64,000 bases of DNA, from NCBI GenBank assembly GCA_027364845.1, contig DAHXOO010000007.1, positions 12,385 to 76,384 of the forward strand, given 5' to 3'. The first letter of the stretch is position 1. Each line of letters begins with the position of its first letter. The notes under the pieces are model-generated. The model saw only the letters and a list, made by a program, of their open reading frames with translations, had not been told where the DNA came from and did not search any database. Of the stretch, positions 40,247 to 52,281 are shown in pieces. Source of the stretch: Pseudomonadota bacterium (lineage in GTDB: Bacteria > Pseudomonadota > Gammaproteobacteria > Acidiferrobacterales > UBA6901). The position numbers and the translations under genes are program-made.

Positions 40247-43200
40247 GCTTCACCAAACTCTCCGGCTGTTGCGCCCGGGATTGGGCCGCGGCCATCTCGG
40301 CAAGCGCGCGGCGATACTCTACCGGCATGACTTTCACAAATTTCGGCAGGTACACGTCGAAATCGTCAAGGATCGTCCGCGCACGAGGGCTGCCCGTATA
40401 GCGTAAGTGATTCTGGATCAGATGGCGCAATATGGCTGCATCGCCGTGTTCCAGGTGGTTGATATTGACAACCCCGTGGGACTCAAGCTCGCCTTCCTGG
40501 GCCTCGTGCTCACCGATTGCCTCGTCCTCTTCTGGCACCGGTGCCAGCTCGACCATGGAAAGATTGCAGCGCTTGGTGAAATCGCCAGCCTCGTCCAGGA
40601 CAAAAGCGATGCCACCGCTCATACCAGCCGCGAAGTTGCGTCCAGCCACACCCAGGACCACCACCGTGCCACCGGTCATGTACTCGCACCCGTGATCGCC
40701 AACACCCTCGACCACTGCCACCGCACCGGAGTTGCGTACGGCAAAGCGCTCACCGGCCACGCCGCGAAAATAGCATTCCCCGTCGATTGCCCCGTACAAC
40801 ACAGTGTTGCCGACGATGATGTTCTCCTCCGCGAGGATGCGGCTGTCCGCCTGCGGGTAGATAACCAGACGTCCACCGGACAATCCCTTGCCTACATAGT
40901 CATTGGCATCACCACGCAACTCCAGCGTGATCCCATGCGCCAGCCACGCGCCAAAGCTCTGGCCGGCGGTGCCGTGTGCCCGGATCACAATCGTGTCATC
41001 CGGCAACCCGGCATGACCGAAACGCCTTGCCACCTCTCCCGACAGCATCGCGCCTATTGTGCGATTGATGTTCCGCACCGGCAGATCGATCTCGACTGGC
41101 GTCCGCGACTCCAGCGCCGGGCGTGCCTTGCGTATGAGCTCGTGATCCAGGGCACGCTCCAAACCGTGGTTCTGCAACTCACAGTGGTAAATCGCCGCGC
41201 CAGGCACGGTAACGGGCTGGTGCAGAATGCGGGAGAAATCCAGCCCCTTGGCCTTCCAGTGGGAGATGCCGGTGCGCATGTCGAGCATCTCGCTCCGGCC
41301 GATCATCTCGTCAAAGGTGCGAAATCCCATCCGCGCCATGTATTCGCGCACCTCTTCAGCCACGAAGAAGAAAAAGTTGATCACGTGCTCGGGCTGTCCG
41401 GTGAACCTTTTGCGCAAGACCGGATCCTGCGTGGCCACGCCCACCGGACAGGTATTCAGGTGGCACTTGCGCATCATGATGCATCCTTCCACCACGAGCG
41501 GCGCAGTGGCAAAACCGAATTCGTCCGCGCCGAGCAGCGCGCCTACCACCACGTCGCGCCCGGTTTTCATCTGCCCGTCCACCTGCACGGCTATGCGGCC
41601 GCGCAGCTGATTCAGGACCAGCGTCTGTTGAGTTTCCGTCAGGCCCAGCTCCCACGGGCTGCCGGCGTACATGATGGACGAAAGCGGACTGGCGCCAGTG
41701 CCACCATCGTGCCCGGAAATGGTGACATGATCGGAATGCGCCTTGGACACACCCGCCGCAACCGTTCCGACTCCGACCTCCGACACCAGCTTGACGCTGA
41801 TCGAAGCGCGCGGATTGACGTTCTTCAGGTCATGTATTAGCTGCGCCAAGTCCTCTATTGAATAGATATCGTGATGGGGTGGCGGCGAGATCAAACCGAC
41901 ACCCGGTACCGAAAAGCGCAGCTGCGCGATGTACTCACTTACCTTGTGTCCCGGAAGCTGCCCGCCTTCGCCCGGCTTTGCGCCCTGGGCCATCTTGATC
42001 TGGATCTGATCGGCGCTGGCGAGGTACTCAGTCGTCACTCCGAAGCGCCCGGCAGCAACCTGTTTTATCCGGGAGCGCAGGGAATCGCCGGGCTGCAGCG
42101 CGATGTCGCGGACCACGCTTGGAATACGGGAACGCAGCGATTCACCCTCCCTGACCTCCGGATATCGGCGCGCATCCTCGCCGCCCTCGCCGGTGTTGGA
42201 CTTTGCGCCGATGCGATTCATGGCGATCGCCAGAGTGGTGTGCGCTTCGGTGGAGATAGAACCAAGCGACATGGCGCCAGTGGCAAAGCGCTTAACGATC
42301 TCCCGGGCCGGCTCTACCTCGTCCAGGGGGACAGGATTGGCGGCCTCCTTGATCTCGAAAAGGCCGCGCAGCGTCATAAGGCGCTGGCTCTGGTCGTTGA
42401 TAAGGCGTGCGTACTCTTTATAGGTGGCGTAGCTGTTTGCACGCGTCGCATGCTGCAGCCGGGAGATGCTTTCCGGCGTCCACATGTGCGCCTCGCCGCG
42501 GGTCCGGTACGCATACTCTCCCCCGGCATCGAGGGCGCCGCTATAAAGGGGTGCGTCGCCATAGGCAAGCCGATGCCAGCGCACCGCCTCTTCGGCGATC
42601 GCAGCGAGTCCTATGCCCTCGACCTTCGAGGCGGTGCCGGTAAAGTAGCGGTCCACGAATGCGCTGTTCAGGCCAACCGCCTCGAAAATCTGCGCGCCGC
42701 AATAGGACTGGTAGGTCGATATGCCCATTTTGGACATGACCTTGAGCAGCCCTTTATCTACGGCCTTGATATAACGCTTGCAGGCTTCCGAGGGCTTGAG
42801 ATCGGCCGGCAGCACCTCGGCCATACCGGCAAGGGTCTCAAACGCGAGATAAGGATGAACAGCCTCGGCACCGTAGCCGGCGAGCATGGCAAAGTGGTGC
42901 ACCTCGCGCGCGGAGCCGGATTCCACCACAAGCCCTACTTTGGTGCGCAGCCCCTCGCGGATCAGGTGATGGTGCACCGCCGAGGTCGCAAGCAGCGCCG
43001 GGACCGGTATGCGCGATGCATCAGTGTCACGGTCCGACAATATCAGAACGTTGTGACCGCCTCTGACCGCCTCCTCGGCCCGGGCACACAGAGTGTCGAG
43101 CGCCGCTTCCATGCCGTCAGCGCCCTGGTCCGCCGGGTAGCACATGCTCAAGGTCGTGGCGTTGAAACTTCCGTCGGTGCATTCCTGGATGCGGCGGATC

Positions 43201-44927
43201 TTAGCCATGTCCTCGCCGCTAAGTACCGGCTGCATGACTTCCAGGCGGCGGTTGGGCTCAGCCTGGTCGAGGCCCAGAAGATTCGGACGCGGTCCGATGA
43301 ACGACACCAGGGACATGACCAGCTCTTCGCGGATCGGATCTATGGGCGGATTGGTCACCTGGGCAAACAGCTGCTTGAAATAGCTGTACAGGAGCTTCGG
43401 CCGATTCGACAATACCGCCAGCGGCGTATCGTTGCCCATCGAGCCGACGGCCTCCTGGCCGCTGATTGCCATTGGCGCCAGGATGAACTTGATGTCCTCC
43501 TGCGTGTAGCCGAAGGCCTGCTGGCGGTCAAGCAGGGCGCCCGCCCCGCATTCCGGCATCGGTACGGGCGCAAGCTTCTCGAGCACCAGCTGGGTCCTAT
43601 CCAGCCAGGCGCGGTAGGGGCGCAACGCAGCGAGCCCAGCCTTGAGTTCGGCATCATCTATGATGCGTCCGGCTTCCAGGTCGATGAGCAACATCCTTCC
43701 CGGCTGCAGCCGCCACTTTTTGATGATCCTGGGCTCGGGTATGTCCAGTACACCCGTCTCTGATGCCATGACTACGATGTCATCGTCGGTGATCAGGTAG
43801 CGCGCGGGCCGCAGACCGTTTCGGTCCAGAGTCGCGCCGATCTGGCGTCCATCGGTAAACGCAACCGCCGCCGGACCGTCCCACGCCTCCATGAGCGAGG
43901 CGTGATATTCGTAGAAGGCACGCCGCTTCTCGTCCATCAAAGGATTTCCAGCCCATGCTTCCGGAATAAGCAGCATCATGGCGTGAGCCAGCGAATAACC
44001 GCCCGCTACCAGCAGCTCGAGCGCATTGTCGAAGCACGCCGAGTCGGACTGGCCTTCGACAATCAAAGGCCAAAGCTTATCGAGATCGTCGCCCAGAAGC
44101 CGGGATGACATGGTGGCGCGACGCGCCGCCATCCAGTTCACATTGCCGCGCAGCGTATTGATCTCACCGTTATGGGCGATCATTCGAAACGGGTGCGCCA
44201 GATCCCAGGTAGGGAAGGTGTTGGTCGAGAACCGCTGGTGTACGAGTGCAAGCGCCGTCACCAGATCCGGATCCCCGAGATCGGGATAATATTCCGCCAC
44301 CTGGTCGGCCAGCAGCATGCCCTTGTATACCAGCGTGCGGCTGGAAAGCGATGGAACGTAAAAACCTTCTGCGCCCTTAAGCATCCGAACGGCGTGCTCG
44401 ATACGCTTGCGCAGGACGAAGAGCTTGCGTTCGAAACCGTCCCCTGCGGCGACTGCGCCACGCGCGACCGCTACCTGTCTGATCACCGGTTCGACAGCAC
44501 GGACGCCCTTGCCAAGCCGCAGATTGTTGGTCGGCACGTCGCGCCAGCCGAGCACCTCCATGCCCTCCGCGGCCACGGTTTGCGCCACGACTTGCTCGCA
44601 GGCGGCGCGCGCCTCCGCCTGCCGCGGCAAAAACAGCATGCCGATACCGTAGGAACCAGGGGCAGTTAAAGACACTCCAGAGCGCTGAAACTCCCGACGG
44701 AGAAAGGTATCGGGAAGCTGGATGAGAATTCCGGCGCCATCGCCAGCCAGGGGATCCGCGCCAGTGGCCCCACGATGACTGAGGTTTTTCAGGATCTGAA
44801 GCCCTTGCCCGACGATGGCATGGCTCTTCTGTCCTTTGATGTGGGCGATGAAACCAACACCACAAGCGTCATGCTCGTGACTCGGATCATACAAGCCTTG
44901 CCGCGAAGGCAGCCCCGGGTGACTCAC
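40239..44927 (-). CDS. gltB: Glutamate synthase large subunit
   Basis: 1562 aa. The N-terminal amidotransferase begins ...[10 protein letters not shown], followed by FMN and GXGXG domains throughout. Confidence 0.95.
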   Translation of the reverse strand: MSHPGLPSRQGLYDPSHEHDACGVGFIAHIKGQKSHAIVGQGLQILKNLSHRGATGADPLAGDGAGILIQLPDTFLRREFQRSGVSLTAPGSYGIGMLFLPRQAEARAACEQVVAQTVAAEGMEVLGWRDVPTNNLRLGKGVRAVEPVIRQVAVARGAVAAGDGFERKLFVLRKRIEHAVRMLKGAEGFYVPSLSSRTLVYKGMLLADQVAEYYPDLGDPDLVTALALVHQRFSTNTFPTWDLAHPFRMIAHNGEINTLRGNVNWMAARRATMSSRLLGDDLDKLWPLIVEGQSDSACFDNALELLVAGGYSLAHAMMLLIPEAWAGNPLMDEKRRAFYEYHASLMEAWDGPAAVAFTDGRQIGATLDRNGLRPARYLITDDDIVVMASETGVLDIPEPRIIKKWRLQPGRMLLIDLEAGRIIDDAELKAGLAALRPYRAWLDRTQLVLEKLAPVPMPECGAGALLDRQQAFGYTQEDIKFILAPMAISGQEAVGSMGNDTPLAVLSNRPKLLYSYFKQLFAQVTNPPIDPIREELVMSLVSFIGPRPNLLGLDQAEPNRRLEVMQPVLSGEDMAKIRRIQECTDGSFNATTLSMCYPADQGADGMEAALDTLCARAEEAVRGGHNVLILSDRDTDASRIPVPALLATSAVHHHLIREGLRTKVGLVVESGSAREVHHFAMLAGYGAEAVHPYLAFETLAGMAEVLPADLKPSEACKRYIKAVDKGLLKVMSKMGISTYQSYCGAQIFEAVGLNSAFVDRYFTGTASKVEGIGLAAIAEEAVRWHRLAYGDAPLYSGALDAGGEYAYRTRGEAHMWTPESISRLQHATRANSYATYKEYARLINDQSQRLMTLRGLFEIKEAANPVPLDEVEPAREIVKRFATGAMSLGSISTEAHTTLAIAMNRIGAKSNTGEGGEDARRYPEVREGESLRSRIPSVVRDIALQPGDSLRSRIKQVAAGRFGVTTEYLASADQIQIKMAQGAKPGEGGQLPGHKVSEYIAQLRFSVPGVGLISPPPHHDIYSIEDLAQLIHDLKNVNPRASISVKLVSEVGVGTVAAGVSKAHSDHVTISGHDGGTGASPLSSIMYAGSPWELGLTETQQTLVLNQLRGRIAVQVDGQMKTGRDVVVGALLGADEFGFATAPLVVEGCIMMRKCHLNTCPVGVATQDPVLRKRFTGQPEHVINFFFFVAEEVREYMARMGFRTFDEMIGRSEMLDMRTGISHWKAKGLDFSRILHQPVTVPGAAIYHCELQNHGLERALDHELIRKARPALESRTPVEIDLPVRNINRTIGAMLSGEVARRFGHAGLPDDTIVIRAHGTAGQSFGAWLAHGITLELRGDANDYVGKGLSGGRLVIYPQADSRILAEENIIVGNTVLYGAIDGECYFRGVAGERFAVRNSGAVAVVEGVGDHGCEYMTGGTVVVLGVAGRNFAAGMSGGIAFVLDEAGDFTKRCNLSMVELAPVPEEDEAIGEHEAQEGELESHGVVNINHLEHGDAAILRHLIQNHLRYTGSPRARTILDDFDVYLPKFVKVMPVEYRRALAEMAAAQSRAQQPESLVKHG

Positions 44928-45095
44928 GTTGTACCTCGTTCCACAAATGGCGCGTGCTGGACCGGGCGCACCAAAAAAATGCGCAAATTCCGGAGAATTT
45001 CAAGCGAAAAGCGCTTAAGTCTACCTTTTACGCACGCCCCCTTCAACGGGGCCTTAAGGGGAATTTGGCGCCGCGCGACATGGCGGCGCCAGCCC

Positions 45096-46256
45096 TCAAG
45101 TCAATGCGCCGGGATCGAACAGGCGCTGGTGCTCCTGGATGGCATAGCGATCGGTCATTCCCGCGATATAGTCCGCGACAATGCGGGCTCGGACCGAGGG
45201 CTGCGCCGCACCTTGCGCCTCCCCGACCTTCTTCTGGTATTGGGGTGGCAACAAGCGTGCATCGTCCATGAATGCCCCGAAAAGCGACTCGATGACTTTG
45301 TGCGCCTTGAGGGTCATGCGCCGCACGCGGTAATGCGCATAAAGCTGCTCGCGCAGAAACTGTTTGAGCTCCAGGCTCTGATTGCGAACGGCTTCGCTAT
45401 TCGCAATTAACGGACTTGCGGCACTGCGAACGTCATCGACGGACATGGCTGCGGATTCTCTAAGCAGCAGGGCACTGTTGTCGATCAGGTCCACAACCAG
45501 TCGGTTGATCATGCGACGGACGATCTCGTGCACCTGGACGCGCTCGCTGATGCCCGGATGACTTTTGCACACCTGCGCATGCTGCTCACCGAACAGCTCG
45601 ATTGCGCTCAGCTGTTCCATGGTGATCAGGCCCGAGCGAAGTCCATCGTCGACATCGTGATTATTGTATGCGATTTCGTCCGCCACGTTCGCGACCTGCG
45701 CTTCCAGACTAGGCTGTTTCCTTTCGATGAAACGCCGCCCCAGCTCGCCCAGCTCCGCCGCGTTTTTCGGCGAACAATGCTTCAGTATCCCTTCGCGCGT
45801 CTCGAAGGTCAGATTGAGTCCCGGGAAGTCCGCATATTTTTCCTCCAGGAGATCCACAACGCGCAATGACTGCAGGTTGTGCTCGAAACCTCCATACTCG
45901 CGCATGCAGGCATTCAATGCGTCCTGGCCGGAATGTCCGAACGGCGTGTGCCCAAGGTCATGTGCCAGCGAGATCGCTTCGGTGAGGTCCTCATTAAGAT
46001 TCATGGCGCGTGCAACGGACCGGCCTATCTGGGCGACCTCTATGGAATGCGTGAGACGGGTGCGAAACAGGTCACCCTCATGATTGACGAAAACCTGGGT
46101 TTTGTATTCCAGGCGCCGGAATGCCGCACAATGCACGATGCGGTCGCGGTCGCGCTGGAACTCGCTCCGGTAGGAGGGTGATGGTTCGCGGTACTGGCGT
46201 CCACGTGAAGCTTCATCGCTGGCGGCGTACGGCGCGAGCTTTACCCCCAGGCTCAC
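45096..46256 (-). CDS. dgt: dGTPase-like HD-domain triphosphohydrolase
   Basis: [35 protein letters not shown] and [14 protein letters not shown] start at 46256 forms a GTGA overlap with the aroB stop; the track start is TTG at 46271. Confidence 0.85.
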   Translation of the reverse strand: MSLGVKLAPYAASDEASRGRQYREPSPSYRSEFQRDRDRIVHCAAFRRLEYKTQVFVNHEGDLFRTRLTHSIEVAQIGRSVARAMNLNEDLTEAISLAHDLGHTPFGHSGQDALNACMREYGGFEHNLQSLRVVDLLEEKYADFPGLNLTFETREGILKHCSPKNAAELGELGRRFIERKQPSLEAQVANVADEIAYNNHDVDDGLRSGLITMEQLSAIELFGEQHAQVCKSHPGISERVQVHEIVRRMINRLVVDLIDNSALLLRESAAMSVDDVRSAASPLIANSEAVRNQSLELKQFLREQLYAHYRVRRMTLKAHKVIESLFGAFMDDARLLPPQYQKKVGEAQGAAQPSVRARIVADYIAGMTDRYAIQEHQRLFDPGALT

Positions 46257-47311
46257 GTGCCGGCACCGCAATCTTTAAGCGTTTCTACCAGCACTGCTCG
46301 CGGCACGTCCGAACTAATCACTGCGTTGCCGATCCCCTTGAGCAGGATCAGGCGCAACTGGCCATCCTCGACCTTCTTATCCACGGACATCAGCTCCCTC
46401 ATTTTGTTGACGTCGAGCTCTGTCGGAACCTGCGTGCGCACGCGCGCGGCGTCTTGGGCACCGAGCCAGCCAAGACGGCGCGACAGTTCCGCGGCAACCA
46501 CCATGCCCACCGCGACCGCTTCACCATGCAGCCAGCGTCCGTAGCCCATGCCAGTTTCGATGGCGTGGCCAAAAGTATGGCCCAGATTGAGCAGCGCGCG
46601 CTGCCCGCGTTCCATTTCATCGGTCGCAACCACTGCAGCCTTGCTTCGGCAGGAACGCTCTATGGCAAAACCCAAAGCTTCGGGATCACGCGCGAGCAAA
46701 CTGTCGACGTTGCCTTCCAACCAGGCAAGAAACTGCGCATCGCGGATCAGACCGTATTTGATCACCTCGGCGATGCCTGCAGAAAGTTCCTTGTCCGGCA
46801 GGGTACCCAGGGTATCGGTGTCGATAACGACACAGCGCGGCTGATGGAAGGCACCAATCATATTCTTGCCCAACGGGTGATTGACGCCGGTTTTGCCTCC
46901 GACCGAAGAGTCGACTTGTGCCAGCAGGGTCGTGGGGATCTGAATAAAGGGTACACCCCGTTGGTATACCGCCGCGGCGAACCCTGTCATGTCACCAACA
47001 ACCCCCCCGCCCAACGCCACCAGCGTCGTACGCCGATCGCACCGCTGCGTCAGCAGGGCATCGAAAATGCGGTTCAAATCGGCGAGCGTCTTGTACTGCT
47101 CACCGTCCGGGAGAACGACCGTTGCCGGCGCGAATCTGCCCAGACGACCGGCCACCTTGTCGAGATACAGTGGTGCAATCGTATCGTTGGTGACGATCAA
47201 CACCCGGCGTCCGGCGACGTGCCGAGCCAGGGGTTCTTCGCTTTCCAGCAGACCGCCACCTATATAGATGGGGTAGCTGCGCGTGCCCAGTTCAACGACC
47301 AGCGTCTTCAT
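46253..47311 (-). CDS. aroB: 3-dehydroquinate synthase
   Basis: [12 protein letters not shown]..., [14 protein letters not shown] and HTFGHAIE motifs. Confidence 0.93.
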   Translation of the reverse strand: MKTLVVELGTRSYPIYIGGGLLESEEPLARHVAGRRVLIVTNDTIAPLYLDKVAGRLGRFAPATVVLPDGEQYKTLADLNRIFDALLTQRCDRRTTLVALGGGVVGDMTGFAAAVYQRGVPFIQIPTTLLAQVDSSVGGKTGVNHPLGKNMIGAFHQPRCVVIDTDTLGTLPDKELSAGIAEVIKYGLIRDAQFLAWLEGNVDSLLARDPEALGFAIERSCRSKAAVVATDEMERGQRALLNLGHTFGHAIETGMGYGRWLHGEAVAVGMVVAAELSRRLGWLGAQDAARVRTQVPTELDVNKMRELMSVDKKVEDGQLRLILLKGIGNAVISSDVPRAVLVETLKDCGAGT

Positions 47312-47891
47312 CGCGCGCCTCTGACTTCAGCCTGGCTATCACATCGCGCGCCACGGCCGCCGGACTCCTGCGATCCGTGTCAACAATCACGTGAGCGGTG
47401 CTTCGGTAGAGGGGATCGCGTACTCGCATAAGTTCCTCGATTTTGCCACGAGGATCGTCGGTTTGCAGCAAAGGTCGGCTGCGATCCCGGCGGGTGCGTT
47501 CTACCAAAATATCGGTGGCGGCGCGCAGATAGACCACGGTGCCGTTCTGTCGCAGAGCCTCCCGGCTTGCTTCGCTCAGGATCACTCCACCGCCCGTGGC
47601 CAACACGAGGTTTGGGCGGGTAACGAGATCGGCGATCGCCGCCGATTCGCGCCGCCGAAAACCGGTCTCGCCTTCAATCTCGAAGATCAGCGGTATGCTG
47701 GCACCAGTGCGGGTCTCGATCTCATGGTCCGAGTCACTGAAATCCATGGCAAGCATTGCTGCCAGGTGGCGGCCGATGGTGGTCTTGCCGGCACCCATCG
47801 GCCCGATGAGGAATATGCGTGAAGAGGGCGCATGCAGGTGCGCGTCTTTGGCATTTTCCGATTGGGGATCGCGGCCGGTCATTGCTGGCAT
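47292..47891 (-). CDS. aroK: Shikimate kinase
   Basis: [20 protein letters not shown]-loop. Overlaps the aroB start by 20 nt. Confidence 0.9.
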   Translation of the reverse strand: MPAMTGRDPQSENAKDAHLHAPSSRIFLIGPMGAGKTTIGRHLAAMLAMDFSDSDHEIETRTGASIPLIFEIEGETGFRRRESAAIADLVTRPNLVLATGGGVILSEASREALRQNGTVVYLRAATDILVERTRRDRSRPLLQTDDPRGKIEELMRVRDPLYRSTAHVIVDTDRRSPAAVARDVIARLKSEARDEDAGR

Positions 47892-47973
47892 ATGCCAGCA
47901 ATGTGAAAAGAAATCAATAGCGCTGCCTCGGATCTGGCCACAGCCCGGGCGGGAAACCCGCCGGGGCCGGGCC

Positions 47974-50541
47974 TCACCGCATGGTAAGTTTGCTGGAAAG
48001 GATCCGCGGGGTCAGGAACACCAGCAGTTCATCCCGGTCGTTCTGCACGTCCGTGCTTCTGAATGCCCAGCCGATGAGCGGAAGATCGCCGAAGAACGGC
48101 ACTTTGCTGATGGTCGTGTTCTTCGTCTGATCGTAGATTCCCCCTATCACAACGGTTTCGCCGTTGTCCAGCAGGACCTGGGTAGTGATGCGCTTCTTGT
48201 TCATCGTGCTATCCGAGGGCGATGCCGAATTGAAGCTGTCATTGGTGATCCGCACGTCCAGGATTACGCGGTTATCCGGTGTGATCTGCGGCGTCACTTC
48301 CAGCCTGAGCACCGCATTCTTCGTGAGAAACGACTGTGTTCCCAGCCCGCCGCCCTGGGCGAGGAACGTTCTTTCCTGCCCTTGCTCGATAACCGCCTTC
48401 TTTTCGTTGGCCGTGATGATGCGCGGGCTCGAAATGATCTTGCCCTTGCCCTCCTGCTGCAGCGCCGAAAGTTCCAGATCGAGCAGGTTGCCGTTCGGCA
48501 GGCCCATGAAGGTAAGCGCCAGCGACCCCGGGGTAACGCTGTTGATCTCGTTGGCGGCCATGTTCACGCTGAGCGCATTGCCGGTGAGATTGAGCGCCGA
48601 AGCTGGGGTAAGGAGCTGCGCATTGCAGTCCAGAGAACCGCAGGCCACCGCGGTGCTGGTCTGGCTTTGTACGCCCAGACGCACGCCGAGGTTCCTGGAG
48701 AAATTGTCGCTGGCGTCGACGATGCGCGTCTGGATCATCACCTGACGTACCGGCTTGTCCAGCTTTTCAATCAGCTTGCGCACCTGACGGATCTTCTCCG
48801 GAATGTCCTGGATCAGCAGCGAGTTGGTACGTTTGTCGACGCTGACCTGCCCACGCGGGGACAGTAGCGTGTTCGACTCGGTCTGGAGCTTCTGGTAGGT
48901 GACGTTACCGGCGGCTGGATATCCCTGTTGGCCGGCGGGGCTCACGGCCTTGATGGATTTCAGAAGCTTCGCGATATCGTCGGCTTTGGCATAATTGATG
49001 GGGATCAGCGCCGTCGTGAGCGGCTCCAATTTCTGCTTCTGCTCGGCCGCCTCAAGCTTCATCTTTTGCTGTGCCGCCATCTCGGGCTCGGTTTCGACCG
49101 TAATGACGTTGCCGCTGCGGCTCATTGCCAGCCCTTTGGCGTTGAGGATCACAGCCAGCGCCTGGTCCCAGGGCACGTTGTTGAGGCGCAGGGTCAGGCT
49201 GCCCTTCACGTTGTTGCTGGCGACGAAGTTCAATCCAGTGAAATCCGCCAGCACCTGCAGTGCGGCGCGAACATCGATGTTCTGGAAATTGAGCGACAGC
49301 CTCTTGCCCGTATAAAGGGCATGTCCGGCGGCTTGCTCGGCCCCTGGCTTGGTAACCAGCGGCTTGATGTCGACGGTGAAGTCGTCGTCGGTCTGGTAGG
49401 CGATATGGTCATATTTGCCCGCAGACCGGATCACCATGCGCACGTCGCGCCCGCGCTGATAGGTATCGATATAGCGAACCGGGGTCGAGAAGTCCGTGAC
49501 GTCGAGCCGGCGCTGAAGGGCGGGTGTCAGATAGGTGTTGAGAAAATCGACGGTGATTCGGCCCGGCTCATGGCGCAGGTTGATGCCCACCCCACTGTCC
49601 GACAGCTTGACGATCACCCGGCCATCGTCCTCGGGGCCGCGGCGAAAGTCGATGTTCGCGAGACCGTGCCTGTGCGTCCCTACGGCGGTGGCAAAATGCG
49701 TGACTGCGGTGTGCGTTGGCGCGGTGGTTCCGGTCGGGTTCGCAACCGTGATGATAAAGTCGTTGCCGGACACAGCGGTCGTATAGCGCGCCACTGTTAG
49801 AAGACTCAGCACCACCCGCGAGCGATGCCTAGCCTGGATCGCGATTACGTCCGAGACTGCCCCTTCACTTATATGAACGGTGCTCTGAGCGAGGTCCAGC
49901 CGGGTGTTGGCAAAATCAAACGAAATGCTAGGGGGATTATCGATGGTAAAAGCGGCCGGCGCCTGTGGTGGCCGTGCCATCTGCAGGCGGATCTGCATCA
50001 GGTCACCGGGAAGTTTCAGATAATCAACCTTCTGGATCACGTTCTTGCCGGCACTGCCATCTGCTGCCACAGGGGTCGGCGCCACAGCGGCGGCCACAGG
50101 CGCTGGTGCGGATGGCGGGGCACTTGTGGTAGAGGCCATGATCCAGTAGCCAAAACTGGTCGGCACCACCTTGAGATGTCCAGGTGCGGTCATCAGGAGG
50201 TCCACGTGGACCGCGCTACCGTCGTGCGCAAGATAGGGAAAGACGCCTTTAACCGGTCCACGACCATTCAGGTCGCTTACCGCGGGTCCGAGTTTGGCAT
50301 GTGGGAAGCTCACCCGCAGACGCTGACCGTCCTCGTGCGTAGACACCTCGTAGGACGATTTGCCCTGAGTTCGCACCTGCAGCACGGGCGATGATCCGCT
50401 CGATACCCAGCTTATCGCCGAGATCTCAGCGGCAGTGACAGCGCCGGCCAGACACATCGAGGCGGTTATAAACAGCAGCCTGACAAGGTTGAGAAACCTT
50501 GTGCTGCCTGCTCCCTGTTGGTTTGAGATAGTTCTTTTCAT
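47974..50541 (-). CDS. pilQ: Type IV pilus secretin PilQ
   Basis: 855 aa. N-terminal AMIN-like repeats, an N0 domain (LSLNFQNIDVRAALQVLADFTGLNFV...VPWDQAL) and a C-terminal secretin domain (VPFFGDLPLIGWAFR). Confidence 0.9.
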   Translation of the reverse strand: MKRTISNQQGAGSTRFLNLVRLLFITASMCLAGAVTAAEISAISWVSSGSSPVLQVRTQGKSSYEVSTHEDGQRLRVSFPHAKLGPAVSDLNGRGPVKGVFPYLAHDGSAVHVDLLMTAPGHLKVVPTSFGYWIMASTTSAPPSAPAPVAAAVAPTPVAADGSAGKNVIQKVDYLKLPGDLMQIRLQMARPPQAPAAFTIDNPPSISFDFANTRLDLAQSTVHISEGAVSDVIAIQARHRSRVVLSLLTVARYTTAVSGNDFIITVANPTGTTAPTHTAVTHFATAVGTHRHGLANIDFRRGPEDDGRVIVKLSDSGVGINLRHEPGRITVDFLNTYLTPALQRRLDVTDFSTPVRYIDTYQRGRDVRMVIRSAGKYDHIAYQTDDDFTVDIKPLVTKPGAEQAAGHALYTGKRLSLNFQNIDVRAALQVLADFTGLNFVASNNVKGSLTLRLNNVPWDQALAVILNAKGLAMSRSGNVITVETEPEMAAQQKMKLEAAEQKQKLEPLTTALIPINYAKADDIAKLLKSIKAVSPAGQQGYPAAGNVTYQKLQTESNTLLSPRGQVSVDKRTNSLLIQDIPEKIRQVRKLIEKLDKPVRQVMIQTRIVDASDNFSRNLGVRLGVQSQTSTAVACGSLDCNAQLLTPASALNLTGNALSVNMAANEINSVTPGSLALTFMGLPNGNLLDLELSALQQEGKGKIISSPRIITANEKKAVIEQGQERTFLAQGGGLGTQSFLTKNAVLRLEVTPQITPDNRVILDVRITNDSFNSASPSDSTMNKKRITTQVLLDNGETVVIGGIYDQTKNTTISKVPFFGDLPLIGWAFRSTDVQNDRDELLVFLTPRILSSKLTMR

Positions 50542-50558
50542 AGGCTCACACCGTTAAT

Positions 50559-51068
50559 TTACTCCGCAAGAGCGAGGCTCGCCTCGCGTTGCACCCATTG
50601 CCCCGTCGGACCCTGGATGAGCTCTGTAATCCGGACTTTATCCTCAGTAATTCTGGTGACAAGGCCGTAATTCTGTCCGATATGGGTGCCGACTCTGACG
50701 CGGTGTACTGCTCCGTCAGGCGCCACTACGATCGCCCAGACCTGCTTGCCGCGCGCAATGGTTCCGACCATTTTCAGCGAATCCAGTGGATACTGCTCCA
50801 GCGGCCCCTTGCGTCGGTTCAGATCCGGCCGTGTCCCTAACTGCGCCGTCGCGGGTTTCAAATTCGCGGGCGAAAACGGATCGGGCAGAGTGCTTGCCGA
50901 ATAAGCGAAAGTCGCGGCGGGCTTGACCTGGGGGATGGGCTGCACCTTCGGCCTGCGGTTGGCATAGGAGTTCTTCACGAAGCCGCGCAGATCGGACATG
51001 TTATGACCACCGCAGCCAGCCAGACTCGCCGCGATGATCGCAAGAAGCAGTGCGTTATGGAGTTTCAT
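50559..51068 (-). CDS. pilP: Type IV pilus assembly lipoprotein PilP
   Basis: Lipobox LAGCGG, a PilP-like C-terminal beta domain, and position between pilO and pilQ. Confidence 0.8.
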   Translation of the reverse strand: MKLHNALLLAIIAASLAGCGGHNMSDLRGFVKNSYANRRPKVQPIPQVKPAATFAYSASTLPDPFSPANLKPATAQLGTRPDLNRRKGPLEQYPLDSLKMVGTIARGKQVWAIVVAPDGAVHRVRVGTHIGQNYGLVTRITEDKVRITELIQGPTGQWVQREASLALAE

Positions 51069-51715
51069 TTCACGACCCCGGGTCTGAACGGCGGCCTTTT
51101 AAATGGCGGCTTCTTGGCGGTCAGGCGGGAAATCTCATCGGGCTCCAGATAGCGGTAGGTCTTGGCCAGGGTGGTCATCGTCAGGTGGTTGGTCCCGGCT
51201 TTGCTGGCGATGTCAATCTGACTGAGGGTGACGATGCGCGGCAGCGCCGCCAGATCGCTCACGAACTCGCCCAGTTCATGGTAAGTGCCCGTGACCTTGA
51301 TGCTGACCGGCAATTCGGCATAGAAGTCCAGCGGCTTTTCCGCTTCGGGCTTGAACAACACAAACTGCAAGCCTCTTCCCAAGCCCGCTTGGGTGATGTC
51401 GACCAGCAGGTTGGGAACTTCTGTCTTGTCGGGCAGCTGGCGCAGCAGAGTCCCAAAAGCCTGATTCATCGTCAGCATTTGCTGCTTGTATGCCGGCAGA
51501 TTAAGGGCAAGCGCCTTTTTCTCCAGAAAGGTCTGCTTGAGGCTTTGTTCCTGCTTCTGCGCCTGACTGAGCTGATCGATTTCATCCGAGATGACAAACC
51601 AGTAGCCGAGGAAAAGGATCAGCATGCACACCAGCGCGATGGCGCCGATTTTGACCGGGTACGGCCACGAGCCGATGTTGTTCGGATCTATGTTTTTCAG
51701 GTCGTCGAGCGTCAT
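51065..51715 (-). CDS. pilO: Type IV pilus assembly protein PilO
   Basis: Single N-terminal TM helix, a coiled coil and a PilO-type C-terminal domain. 4-nt overlaps with its neighbours. Confidence 0.8.
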   Translation of the reverse strand: MTLDDLKNIDPNNIGSWPYPVKIGAIALVCMLILFLGYWFVISDEIDQLSQAQKQEQSLKQTFLEKKALALNLPAYKQQMLTMNQAFGTLLRQLPDKTEVPNLLVDITQAGLGRGLQFVLFKPEAEKPLDFYAELPVSIKVTGTYHELGEFVSDLAALPRIVTLSQIDIASKAGTNHLTMTTLAKTYRYLEPDEISRLTAKKPPFKRPPFRPGVVK

Positions 51716-52281
51716 GACTTCGACTTTTCCTTCTGGGCGGCCTTGTTGGTCTCGATCACGTGCAAGGTGAACTTGCTCACGCGCTCGTGACCCTGAGCCG
51801 TAACGTTGATCACATCCAGGTCGGGCTTTGCGAACCAGTTGGACGAATCGAGGTTGCGCATGAACGCCGACACACGGGCATTGGACTGGGCCACGCCGCT
51901 GATCATTATCTTCGTGCCACTCTGCACGAGGTTTGTCAGGTAGATGCCCGGAGGAAGCCTTCGTGCCAGACTGTCGAATACGTGCACGATTTGGGTACGG
52001 TCTGCCTGCAGCTGCTGAATCACCCGCATGCGGGCAATCAATGCCTGGCGGTCCTTCTTCAGCTGCCTGATGGCGCGGATCTGCGCATCGAGCTTGTTGA
52101 TCTGGGCAGTGAGATACTGGTTGCGCTTATTCTGCTGCTCAATACGGCTGTTCACGTTTAGGTACACGTAGAACAGGATCAGCAGCATCAGGATGGCGGC
52201 ACCGATACCGATGCTCAGCAACTGGCGGTCCTGTTCCTTGCGGCGCAGCTGGCGCCACGGCAGTAGATTGAGCCGGGTCAT
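51712..52281 (-). CDS. pilN: Type IV pilus assembly protein PilN
   Basis: The LNLLPWRQLRRKEQ N-terminal motif is characteristic of PilN, followed by a TM helix. Confidence 0.8.
   Translation of the reverse strand: MTRLNLLPWRQLRRKEQDRQLLSIGIGAAILMLLILFYVYLNVNSRIEQQNKRNQYLTAQINKLDAQIRAIRQLKKDRQALIARMRVIQQLQADRTQIVHVFDSLARRLPPGIYLTNLVQSGTKIMISGVAQSNARVSAFMRNLDSSNWFAKPDLDVINVTAQGHERVSKFTLHVIETNKAAQKEKSKS

Noticed and set aside
40407-43763. 477-aa and 630-aa plus-strand ORFs opposite gltB
   Set aside because: They are antisense to the 1562-aa GltB frame, which is recognisable throughout. Their composition is Arg/Ala/Gly/His-rich with no motifs.
46121-48867. 436-aa and 442-aa plus-strand ORFs opposite dgt/aroB/aroK/pilQ
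   Set aside because: This is the same GC-driven antisense artefact. All four minus-strand genes carry clear family motifs.
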